Shown here: piece after piece, positions 1-9,086 of the stretch
Layout of the letters: each line of letters begins with the position of its first letter
Numbering within the stretch: position 1 is the first letter of the stretch
Assembly: GCA_024181965.1 (NCBI GenBank)
Contig: BQXS01012323.1
Location: 1 to 40,383 of the forward strand
Reading direction: 5' to 3'
Source of the DNA: Aduncisulcus paluster
Taxonomy: Eukaryota
DNA length: 40,383 nt
Position numbers and translations under genes: made by a program
Notes under the pieces: generated by a model
Told to the model about the DNA's origin: nothing
The model's input: only the letters and a program-made list of their open reading frames with translations
Databases searched by the model: none

Positions 1-67
1 CTCCAATTGTTGTCAAGGCGAAGGGTATCAAAAGATAGGGACAAATCAGCTCTTTGACGCTAACCAT
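1..67 (-). CDS. 5' end of a gene running off the left edge (MVSVKELICPYLLIPFALTTIG...)
   Basis: ATG at 67 on the minus strand, open to the window edge. The N-terminus is hydrophobic and the gene is divergent from the one at 222. Confidence 0.4.
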   Translation of the reverse strand, partial: MVSVKELICPYLLIPFALTTIG

Positions 68-221
68 AATAAATTTTCAGATATCTCCATTATAAAGTGA
101 TATTAATACGCATAACAAAACAGATTTATGCATACTATATTCTATATCTTAAAAAATTTCCGCCCACCACGAGTTTTAGTGTTTTTGTCACCAATAGAAG
201 TTTTGAAACTGTATTATTCAG

Positions 222-1927
222 ATGCCAAAAGACAAAAAAGATAAGAAAAAAGGTAAAGACGATTCTAAAGGTAAAAAAAAGGAAAAGAAAGAAAAGACAG
301 ATAAGAAAGATAAAAAAGATAAGAAAGAAAAGGCTCCAAAGGAAAAGAAAGATAGTAAGAAACCCAAACCTGAAGAAGGAGAAAAGCCCAAAGCAGAATC
401 TCAGCCAACTCCGGCTCCATCTGGCCCTATCATAAAATGTGAATCTTGCAAATCTAATAATGCAGTACATTTCTGTCCCGAATGTAATTTGTGCGTTTGT
501 GACCCATGTTCTAAGCAGATTCATGCCACTCCTGCGTTTGCACATCATGAATTGCGTCAATTATGGGAAGTCGAACTGTTTCGTCATCCCTGCCCATACC
601 ATCCATCCAGCAACCTCCAATACTACTGTGTCACATGTGATACTGCTGTATGCAGTGAATGTCGGATGAGTGGAACCCATGTCGGTCATGGTCATGTCGT
701 TATCCCCATTGAGGAAGCATTTGTCTCAAAGCTCACCTTGTTATCTGGAAGGGTTCATGGTCCTTTACGTGAACGTAGAGATGCCATTGTTGCTTCAATA
801 TCATCTCTTGAGGATTGTATGAGAAAAGTTAGTGACCAACGTGGAATTATAGAAAGTCGCGCTCGAGCAGAATATGAAGGCATCATTCAACGCTTAAGAA
901 GAGAAGAAGGACTCAAAATATCCGAGTGTCAGCATGATTTAGACACTCTTCGTGGTGATCTTGTTCGAATTGAAGCCTTGACCAATGATATAAGTAGCAT
1001 TAGTTTAACCCACTCAGCGAGAGAATTCCCAACTTCCTCCCTTGGTGGTCCAAGTATGCGTTTTGCAGAGAAGAGTTCCTTTATGTCCCAGCTTCCACGC
1101 TCAGCCTCTCTTCCGCCTGCTACATCTTCCTCTTCCTCCATTATCCCCCCAGGTGTACGGAGTTCTCTCGTTCAACCTGGTCCAAAACTCACCCCGTTCT
1201 CCTTTTTATCCACTCTGCCCCACCTAAACAACGAGATTNNNNNNNNNNNNNNNNNNNNCGTTTTGCAGAGAAGAGTTCCTTTATGTCCCAGCTTCCACGC
1301 TCAGCCTCTCTTCCGCCTGCTACATCTTCCTCTTCCTCCATTATCCCCCCAGGTGTACGGAGTTCTCTCGTTCAACCTGGTCCAAAACTCACCCCGTTCT
1401 CCTTTTTATCCACTCTGCCCCACCTAAACAACGAGATTGATGCGTTAATCAGTCGTAGTGTGTGTGATTATGAGGAAACTATTCATAAGGCCCTGTCGAT
1501 ACCTTTCAAGGATGAGAGTGCTGAAAGATTGATGGCTCAGGAAGAAGTGAAGAGGCTGACATCTGAATGCCACTCACACAAAGAACTCTTGCAAATGAGC
1601 GAGGAACGTCGAAAAGAAACAATCAAGAATGCAGAGAAAGAAATGGAGGAGTGGGAAAAGCTTGCATCTGAGATGGGTACAACAATATCTCAGACATTGA
1701 TGCATTGCGTGTTCTGTGGGTGTGTATGTGAGCCAGAATCCGTCAATAATACCTGTCCCATGAATGAGGATTCAGGACGGAGTCATTTTGAATCGACACG
1801 AAGGGCTACTGTCTTGTTAAGTCAGAAACCTGGTCTCTCTGAAGAAGATATTCGAGCTATTCTTGGATCTGGAAGACACTTCTTTGTGAAACATTCTGCT
1901 CCAATGGATGCTACTGGAGAACCTTAG
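222..1927 (+). CDS. Double B-box zinc finger + coiled-coil protein (TRIM-like, no RING); about 501 aa after collapsing the gap duplication
   Basis: B-box1 CESC..FCPEC..CDPC..H..HH, B-box2 CPYH..YYCVTC..VCSEC..H..H, then coiled coil and a C-terminal CVFC..N.C motif. ORFs 222-1427 and 1283-1927 join in frame when 200 nt (duplicate + Ns) are removed. Confidence 0.85.
1059..1438. repeat. 180-nt direct duplication flanking a 20-N gap (1059-1238 / 1259-1438)
   Basis: The same sequence is read on both sides of the N run. Confidence 0.95.
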
Positions 1928-2070
1928 TTCTTTGTTTTTTGGATTTTAAAATTGAGAGAATAAAATAAATTTATATAGTTCTTAGCTATTTTTATTTAAT
2001 TTATCATAAACTATTAAAAAAAATAATGACACATATGAGTTTAACTGTATATTCCAGAATACAGTTCCCA

Positions 2071-2667
2071 TTACTCCAAAATAATATCTCTAAACTCTTT
2101 ATATGCAGTTTCTAAATCATCGTTAATGATGCGATGATCATAAAACTCGGGATTTGACCTGTAAAATTTGTCCCAAGCAAGAGAATCTTTCAAACGGATA
2201 GCCATACTTTCAGGGGTCTCCGTCCCACGTCCCATGAGACGAGATCTCAATTCATCGAAATCGGGGGGTGAAATAAAGATGAAAATGGGCTTAGAAGCCA
2301 TGAAACGAGCATTACTTTTCATGGTTGTAGCACCTTGAATATCAACATCGATTATGCAGTGCTTGCCACTTTCTAACACCATTTCAACTGCCATAACACT
2401 TGTTCCGTAAAAGTTTGTATGCACTTTAGCGGTTTCAAGCATTTTACCCTCTTCAATATATTTTTCAATTTCCTCCTGAGAAACGAAGAAATAATCAACT
2501 CCATCTTTCTCACCGACTCTTGGAGTACGAGTAGTGTGAGAAACTGAGAAACCAAAAAGCTCGGGAAACTCCTTCATGAGCATTCCGATGAGTGTGCTTT
2601 TACCAACGCCAGAAGGACCATTTAACACAATGGGACGGGGAGAAGATCTAACACTATCACTAGGCAT
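2071..2667 (-). CDS. GUK1: Guanylate kinase
   Basis: P-loop GPSGVGKST, SHTTR.PR.GEKDGVDYFFV, YGTS, DVDIQG, and FISPP...L..RL..RGTET motifs. Confidence 0.97.
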   Translation of the reverse strand: MPSDSVRSSPRPIVLNGPSGVGKSTLIGMLMKEFPELFGFSVSHTTRTPRVGEKDGVDYFFVSQEEIEKYIEEGKMLETAKVHTNFYGTSVMAVEMVLESGKHCIIDVDIQGATTMKSNARFMASKPIFIFISPPDFDELRSRLMGRGTETPESMAIRLKDSLAWDKFYRSNPEFYDHRIINDDLETAYKEFRDIILE

Positions 2668-2919
2668 GACAAAATAAAGTCACGTTTTTACGAGTTGTAT
2701 TTCTACAACCAGGAAAACTACAGTCACCACCAGCCGCAACAAACGGTAAAATACTGGTTAGTTTGCCGAGCAGAATGGTGGAGTATTATCCATGATGAAA
2801 AAAAACATTTGGCACATAAATCTTCCCTTTTTATTTGTATATTATGATATTATGCAGTCATAATTCAATTTCATTAATCATAACGCACTTTTCATTTTCT
2901 TTCTTGCATTCTTGCCATT

Positions 2920-4344
2920 ATGATAAAAAGCATTGTTGAAGTTTGCATAAAAAGAAAGCATGATGATATAATTGAGCGTGTCCATGATTTTATAACAATT
3001 AATCATCCCTTTATTTCACCAGGAACTATTTCCTTTTCTTCTGATGCTTTCTTAACTGAATATGTTCATAAAATTACAATAGATATACGTATGTCCCTAT
3101 GTGTCTTTCATTTGTGTTAATTAAATTCATATTGCCCTCTTATCCCCACACTTTTCTTTTCCCTAGCTTCTCAATATTCCGATTCAAAAATTCCTCTTTC
3201 AACACTCAACCTTGAAATAATGACATATTTGCTTGTTGATGCAGATGTCGAAGACTGTGTTATAGCTGAAGAAAGCGATGAAGTTACAGCTTTCCATTCT
3301 TGGAGCTTGCCATGTCGTCAACTTGAAGGAATGTGGGAATCGCTGATATTGCCCCCATCTATTAAACCCTTATTACTTTCATATTCTCAGGCTTCTCTCT
3401 TTCTATCAGAGAAGAAAGTTGACACTTCTCTAGTATCATGTAATCGTCTTATTTTATTACATGGAGTTCCAGGAACCGGTAAAACAACATTATGCAAGGG
3501 TCTTGCGCAAAAATTAGCAATTAGAATGTCCAAACAATTCTCAGATGCTCAACTAGTTGTTGTAAACGCTCATTCTTTGTTTTCCAAATGGTTTTCTGAG
3601 AGTGGAAAGCTTGTTAGCAAAATGTTTGAACAGATTCGTGAGATGTGTGAAGATGGAATATTTGTGTGCGTTCTTGTTGATGAAGTTGAGTCTCTTTCTG
3701 CCTCGAGAACTGCGGCCTTGGCAGGGTCTGAACCTTCTGATGCCATTCGTGTCGTTAACGCTGTTCTTACTGAGCTTGACAAACTTTCAAAATTCTCGAA
3801 CTGTCTTATTCTTGCTACAAGTAACATCACAAAAGCAGTCGATGAAGCATTTCTCGATCGGGCAGACCTGACTATTACTCTACCTCGCCCTGGATCTGAA
3901 GCACGTCAACAGATTATCCAAGGGTGTCTTGATGAATTGCGTTCTCGAGGCATATTCTCCGATTTTCTGTCCCCCCACATGGGTTCTTCAGGCATTGACT
4001 CCAGCTCTGCTTCTCCCCATGCAATGAAACGTAGGAGTATCACATCTCAATTATCTCATGAGGCTCATCGAGTCCTTGACATTCTTCAAAAATATCCAGA
4101 AATTCAACTCTCGAAAGATCGGCGTCTTCATCTTGAGCATAAGGCAGAAGAGAGTACAATGGATGTTTTTATGGCAGAGGTAGTGGATGTGACTGAAGGA
4201 CTGAGCGGAAGATTCCTTAGAAAGCTCCCCCTGATGACCCTGAGCAAAATTATGGCTCATACTGGACAAACTACCGTGCCAGAAGAAGTGTTTATTCTGT
4301 TCATGATAATTTGTGCCGAGGATCGTGTAAAAGAAAAACATTAG
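2920..4344 (+). CDS. PCH2: Pch2/TRIP13 AAA+ ATPase (HORMA remodeller); exons 2920-3088 and 3167-4344
   Basis: LEGMWESL, Walker A HGVPGTGKT, NAHSLFSKWFSESGKLV, Walker B VDEVESL, GSEPSDAIRVVNAVLT and DEAFLDRAD. Splicing the 78-nt intron joins ORF 2920 to ORF 3220 in frame. Confidence 0.96.
3089..3166 (+). other. Spliceosomal intron (78 nt) in PCH2
   Basis: GTATGT donor, pyrimidine tract and CCCTAG acceptor. It contains an in-frame TAA and its removal restores the frame. Confidence 0.88.
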
Positions 4345-4938
4345 GACTGATTTGGAATGGACATTGTTTGAATGATGCAATAATTCATTTCATATGGAAA
4401 CAGAAAGGAGTATTAATTCCCTCAAAGCACCATAAATATTGATAAACGACTCGTTTACGATTCGGCATCGTTGACCAAGGCCACATGAAATGAAATGATA
4501 AAATGAAGAACTAGGCGTGAGTCTGATTGTCTCTTTACATACGAGGAGTAATAATAACCTTTTTTTATATATATTTTCCTCCAAAGAAATGTTCCGGAAT
4601 CCCATCTGGCTTCATCATCCTTCATGATCTTAGATCATGATCTACACGTTGTAGATCTGAGTTGTTTCGAAATAATCAGCAATATTTCAATAAAAATGGA
4701 TACATACTGAGACATGAATCTTTATTTCTGCAATATATCGCCATATATCAGCTCCGAGCGGGAGTCCCGAAACTAACTTTATGAATTACACAGCAACGAA
4801 GAATAAAAAAGAAGGAAATTTATTTATGTGTTTAATATTTTATATTTCGTCAATTTTTTTGAGTTTTTTTACTTCTTCATTCTGGTTATTCGATTTGGAA
4901 TAGAATGTCGAGTGGGATATCGAGTTTTGGAACACAAA

Positions 4939-6294
4939 ATGATTGAAGTTATCCAAGATTTGCCAGCCAATTTGTATGAGTTAACAGTTGGAGAGTTAGA
5001 TGCAAACAGTTCACAATCATCTCTCGATAAATTACTTAATGGAGATACAGGAAGTTATTGGCAGACTAATCATGCGTGTCCCCAGTTTGTTTACATTAAA
5101 TTCGAAAAACCCATTTGTGTTCGGAATTTATTTGTTTATTCTCATAGTTCTGACTCAAGTTTTCAACCAGATCAAATTAAGACCACCTTCTCACCGGTTT
5201 CCGGTGCAGATATTGAAGTGAATGATAATTTAGCAAGAACTTCTGGTTGGTATGTCATTCCCTGTGAAACAAAGAGCAAAATTGAAAAAATTACTTTCAA
5301 CATTCTTCGTAATCATGATGGTGGTTATAATAGTCGTCTTCGTGGCATTGCTGTTGAACAGTTTGCTGGTGCAACTGAAGACACTGAACGTCATCTTCAT
5401 TTGAAACTTCTTGTGAAGGATTTGATGCATGCTCTCCCAAAGAGTATTTCTCCCTCAAAGGATGCACCTGCTTTAATTGGTGAGAAGGATGAAGAATGTT
5501 CCGGGCCTAAAAGCGATTGTTCAGTTAAATTGGCCTCTAGTAGCATGATTGAATCTCATGAAATAATTCTCCGCTCAAGAATCCCTACTTTTGAGAAATA
5601 TTGGGATTCTGAAACTAGAATCCTTGATTTGAGTGCTTTTGATGAGCAAGTCATTCGTGGAATCATCATGTATTCATACACCGGATGTGCTGACCTCTTT
5701 GTTGCTTCAATCCTTAGTGGTCTTGATTCTTTAGAAAAGCCTGGTGAGGTAGGATTCAGTTTTGAATCTGCCTTAAAACCGGTTCAAACTCTCTTTGACG
5801 TGGCCAAAACTCTTGAAATATCAAATATTCTTGAGTTTTGCTTCGATTTTGTTGGCAAAAAATTGAAACCCGACAACCTATCTTCTCCTGTCGTACAATT
5901 CGTTAAAAAGAGTGAAAGCAAAGTTCTTCAAGAAATTCTTTTGGCATATCTCATTCAACTTCCTTCTGATAAGCTCCGTACCCTCATGGCCACGATGGAT
6001 GATGGGTTTATGAGAGAACTCGTCACATCTCACCTCAAACATGAATGTGCCGATGTCACAACTGAAGAAGATGTGTCTGCTGATAAAGATGTTATTCTTG
6101 GCGTTGTTGTTGGGCCATGTGATGAATTTAAGGAGGGCATGAAGGTTCACCTCCTTCCTTCTGAACTAAATGAGAAAACTCTCTTCTACGGAGTAGGAAT
6201 TGTTGTTTCTGTTTCAGGGGATGATGTTGTTGTTGATTTCAACGATGAAAAGGCTATGAAGTTAACAAAGATGCAGCTTGGGAAAGTTTTGTGA
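4939..6294 (+). CDS. DOC/APC10-like beta-sandwich + BTB/POZ domain protein with a small C-terminal SH3-like barrel; putative Cul3 adaptor
   Basis: L.NGDTGSYWQT..CPQFVYIKF...DSSFQP...GW...I.RNHDGGYNSRLRGI matches the DOC pattern. SDCSV...SHEIILRSR.P.F...I..IIMYSYTG matches BTB. Likely ATG at 4939. Confidence 0.75.
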   Translation: MIEVIQDLPANLYELTVGELDANSSQSSLDKLLNGDTGSYWQTNHACPQFVYIKFEKPICVRNLFVYSHSSDSSFQPDQIKTTFSPVSGADIEVNDNLARTSGWYVIPCETKSKIEKITFNILRNHDGGYNSRLRGIAVEQFAGATEDTERHLHLKLLVKDLMHALPKSISPSKDAPALIGEKDEECSGPKSDCSVKLASSSMIESHEIILRSRIPTFEKYWDSETRILDLSAFDEQVIRGIIMYSYTGCADLFVASILSGLDSLEKPGEVGFSFESALKPVQTLFDVAKTLEISNILEFCFDFVGKKLKPDNLSSPVVQFVKKSESKVLQEILLAYLIQLPSDKLRTLMATMDDGFMRELVTSHLKHECADVTTEEDVSADKDVILGVVVGPCDEFKEGMKVHLLPSELNEKTLFYGVGIVVSVSGDDVVVDFNDEKAMKLTKMQLGKVL

Positions 6295-6579
6295 GCATAT
6301 CAGCCTATCTCTCTTTGTGAAGCATGAATAAGGAACATTCCATTGCTGATGAAATAAATATTCTCGTTGTTATCGAATTATGAATACCCCGGTATTCCGT
6401 GGCCCGTCAGTGGTGATCACTGAATTCAGTCCGAATAAAGTCAAGAGATTTTGATTCCGTAAAACAATAAAAACCTATTTTGCCCAAACTCACTATTTTG
6501 TATTAATTTTATTCATAATTCTTGTTTAATGCAGTAGAGAATAGTTCAAAACAAGATTTGTTTTGTATTTGCTTTGGAA

Positions 6580-7065
6580 ATGGATAACAAAAAGGTTGTA
6601 GCCCAGTTTTGTGAGTATTATTACACCAATTTCGCAAGGGATCGTTCCAGGTTGGAGTCTCTCTATGTATGTTTCTTTATTTTATAATCATCTTACATTT
6701 TTTCATTCCTGTCTTTATATGATTTATTTCACTATTTTTAACACATTTCATCAATGATTTATATTTCATATCTGGGATTCTAATAGGTTGATCAATCTAT
6801 GTTGACCTTCCAAGGTACATCTTTCAAAGGCAGATCTGCGATTAAGGAGAAGATGGTTGAAGGAATCAGATTTGGGACTGTCAAGCACGAAAACATGAAT
6901 TTTGAATTTCAACCTTTCCTTGAAAGTGGAATTTTAGTTCTTGTAACTGGAGCTATGAGCACCGATGGGGATCGTGCTCTCCCATTTAGTGAAGCTTTCA
7001 CTCTTGCTAAGAAAGACGGTCGTTATATTATTGTGAATCAGATTTTCAGATTCAATAGTCTCTAG
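6580..7065 (+). CDS. NTF2: Nuclear transport factor 2; exons 6580-6666 and 6787-7065, 121 aa
   Basis: Exon 1, absent from the ORF track, reads MDNKKVVAQFCEYYYTNFARDRSRLESLY. Exon 2 reads VDQSMLTFQG...G..AI.EK...ILVLVTG...FSEAF.L...I.NQIFR. Confidence 0.93.
6667..6786 (+). other. Spliceosomal intron (120 nt, phase 0) in NTF2
   Basis: GTATGT donor, AT-rich body and TTCTAATAG 3' end; in-frame join LY|VDQS. Confidence 0.9.
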
Positions 7066-7383
7066 ATGGCCTTTCAATAAATCATTTTATTTTCCTGTTT
7101 TATGTCGAGAAAACGATCAAAATATGATTTATTCAATATGAAATATCTAATTATTGCAGAAAAAGTAAACAATAGTAATCAATTGACTGGGAAAACGGAA
7201 AAGTAACCTAACTCAGTTTCTAGAGATATAAGAGAAGAAAAACTCCTTGAAATTAATCTCTCATATTAATTAATTCCTCAATTTTAAGTTTGTTACCCTC
7301 TCTTAAAGGCTTTACTTGAAATAATCTATTTTTGAACGCGATTGAGAATATTTTTGATGATTGCACTTTCTTTTTTGATCACA

Positions 7384-7467
7384 GACAATGAAGATTTTAA
7401 ACTCTTGGTTTCGTGTTTATGAATGGCGATCGCCTTGATTAAAACTGCTTTATGCATTTTCAGAGTC
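7384..7467 (+). ncRNA. Box C/D snoRNA candidate, U18/snR18-like
   Basis: C ATGAAGA (7388), guide TTGGTTTCGTGTTT followed by D' ATGA (7419), palindromic spacer GGCGATCGCC, C'-like TTGATTA, D-like CAGA (7461) and terminal GAC/GTC. The guide resembles the U18 guide UUGGUCCGUGUUU against LSU AAACACGGACCAA. Confidence 0.65.
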
Positions 7468-7515
7468 CCAGTTTTATATGTTAAGACCTAATTGTATTGA
7501 TGTTTTGTTGAGGAT

Positions 7516-7566
7516 AGTCGATTATATTTTTGTTCTGAAATCAGAATTTCTGACCGATTTACATAG
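7516..7566 (+). ncRNA. Possible H/ACA-type hairpin between two C/D snoRNAs
   Basis: Basal stem AGTCG/CGATT, internal pocket, apical stem TTCTGA/TCAGAA, and ACA 14 nt after the apical stem. No clear H box; target not assigned. Confidence 0.3.
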
Positions 7567-7580
7567 GTATTTTTGCTTCC

Positions 7581-7675
7581 TGTGCCATGACGATGAGGTT
7601 TAGAACCTTCTGACTTGAAGCCTAGGAAACTTCTTATATAAATGAGGACATTCAACCTAGCTCACTCTGAGCCCA
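7581..7675 (+). ncRNA. Box C/D snoRNA candidate, U29/snR71-like
   Basis: C ATGACGA (7587), D' CTGA (7610), C' ATGAGGA (7642), guide AACCTAGCTCAC (7654-7665), then T and D CTGA (7667). The guide gives 12 bp with conserved LSU GUGAGCUGGGUU, and the D+5 rule points to the A of GUGA. Confidence 0.72.
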
Positions 7676-7861
7676 AAACATCTATCATACTTTAATTAAG
7701 AAATCAATCTTATTCATTTATTTTAATTTCTAGCATTAAATTTTGGCATCTTCTTTTTCTTAAAATCCTTTGTTTCTCGTCCTTAACAGGCTCAGTTTTT
7801 GAATTGCAACAAAAAATCTATTCCCCACTTATATGGGCTTGAACATGTGCCAGGTCCCGAT

Positions 7862-8845
7862 TTAATCACAAACGAATTGTGTCCAAGATATAATGGTTTC
7901 ATTTGAAATGGGCTCATTGAAAGAAACAATTTCACCATCCTTTCCGGGTTTAATTCCAACCAACAAAGTTTTGCTGGGGGTGTCTATTTTGAGAGTGGAA
8001 GCCACTTCAGATTTGTCCATCACTTCATCAGAAATGAAAGCTAAAGCTATGTTATGGTTTCCTTTGCTTTTCCTTGCAATATTTTCAACTGTTTTATATA
8101 AGATTGGTGGATTTTTCTTTGTTGAATGGAGAATAAATCTAAGTTCGTTGTCGTGTGATTTCATCCATCCTAATAATTCTTTTTCAGATTTAATTTTGAC
8201 AATGCGAGACTCATAAGAGGAAATTGCAAATCTTACGAAGCTTTAGCATCNNNNNNNNNNNNNNNNNNNNATGTTATGGTTTCCTTTGCTTTTCCTTGCA
8301 ATATTTTCAACTGTTTTATATAAGATTGGTGGATTTTTCTTTGTTGAATGGAGAATAAATCTAAGTTCGTTGTCGTGTGATTTCATCCATCCTAATAATT
8401 CTTTTTCAGATTTAATTTTGACAATGCGAGACTCATAAGAGGAAATTGCAAATCTTACGAAGCTTTTAGCATCTCTATTTCCATTGTACGCAGTAAAACG
8501 AGCTGTGGATGGACTAAAATATTTGACGGTAGGAAATCCAGAAACATCCTGCTGGCTGCATACAGATCTATTTTCTTGCTTTGTGCAATCAACTGCTCCG
8601 AATTTTATGAGACCTTTCGTCATATTGCTGGCCTCATTGAAAGCACTGGTCATGTTTCTACAATGTGGACAAGTGGGTGAAAAAAATACAAGCATCCAAT
8701 AATCATCTCCATTTGTAACTTTTTTGGGGAAATTACTTCCATTTAAGGGAACGACGGAGGCGGAGACCAGGGAGAAAACTACCACAAAAATAAAGAGGAT
8801 TACAATGGATCTATTCAGAAGTTTGGTAGGAAAAGCAATATTCAT
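7862..8845 (-). CDS. Protein disulfide isomerase-like thioredoxin (PDIA6/P5-like a+b domains); about 253 aa after collapsing the gap duplication
   Basis: Signal peptide, WMLVFFSPTCPHC, FGAVDC, VSGFPTVKYF and YNGNRDA, followed by a second non-catalytic Trx-like region. Confidence 0.88.
8049..8473. repeat. About 202-nt direct duplication flanking a 20-N gap (8049-8250 / 8271-8473)
   Basis: Same sequence on both sides; the copies differ by one T in AGCTTT(T)AGC next to the gap. Confidence 0.93.
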
Positions 8846-9086
8846 CTATTAACAGAGAAATTTAGCGGAAAATAGATAAAACTGGGCTCACAAAACATTG
8901 GGAATCAACGCCAACTCATCAATTGACAATCAACGTTGTATGTAGTTAAGATATTATAACGTTTTTTGAAATTATTTTATATTAAAATCCCTTGGAATAT
9001 ATTTTAATGATTGTTCGCTCGTGTTATTCGCCCTGAAAAATGAAAATGTGTTTTGTTGTCGGAACAAAAAATCAAATTATATATCA

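Noticed and set aside
97-560. Overlapping K/R-rich and F/L-rich ORFs here and at 14948-15970 and 37996-39092
   Set aside because: These are shadow frames of low-complexity coding sequence.
4503-4526. ATGAAGA...CTGA mini C/D pattern
   Set aside because: Too short, and I could not match the guide to any rRNA segment.
4390-4625. Short minus-strand ORFs in the PCH2-BTB spacer
   Set aside because: They cross TA/poly-A tracts and show no motif support.
7355-7386. U1 snRNA-like loop words ATTGCAC and GATCAC
   Set aside because: They are in the wrong order, with no 5' ACTTACC and no convincing stems.
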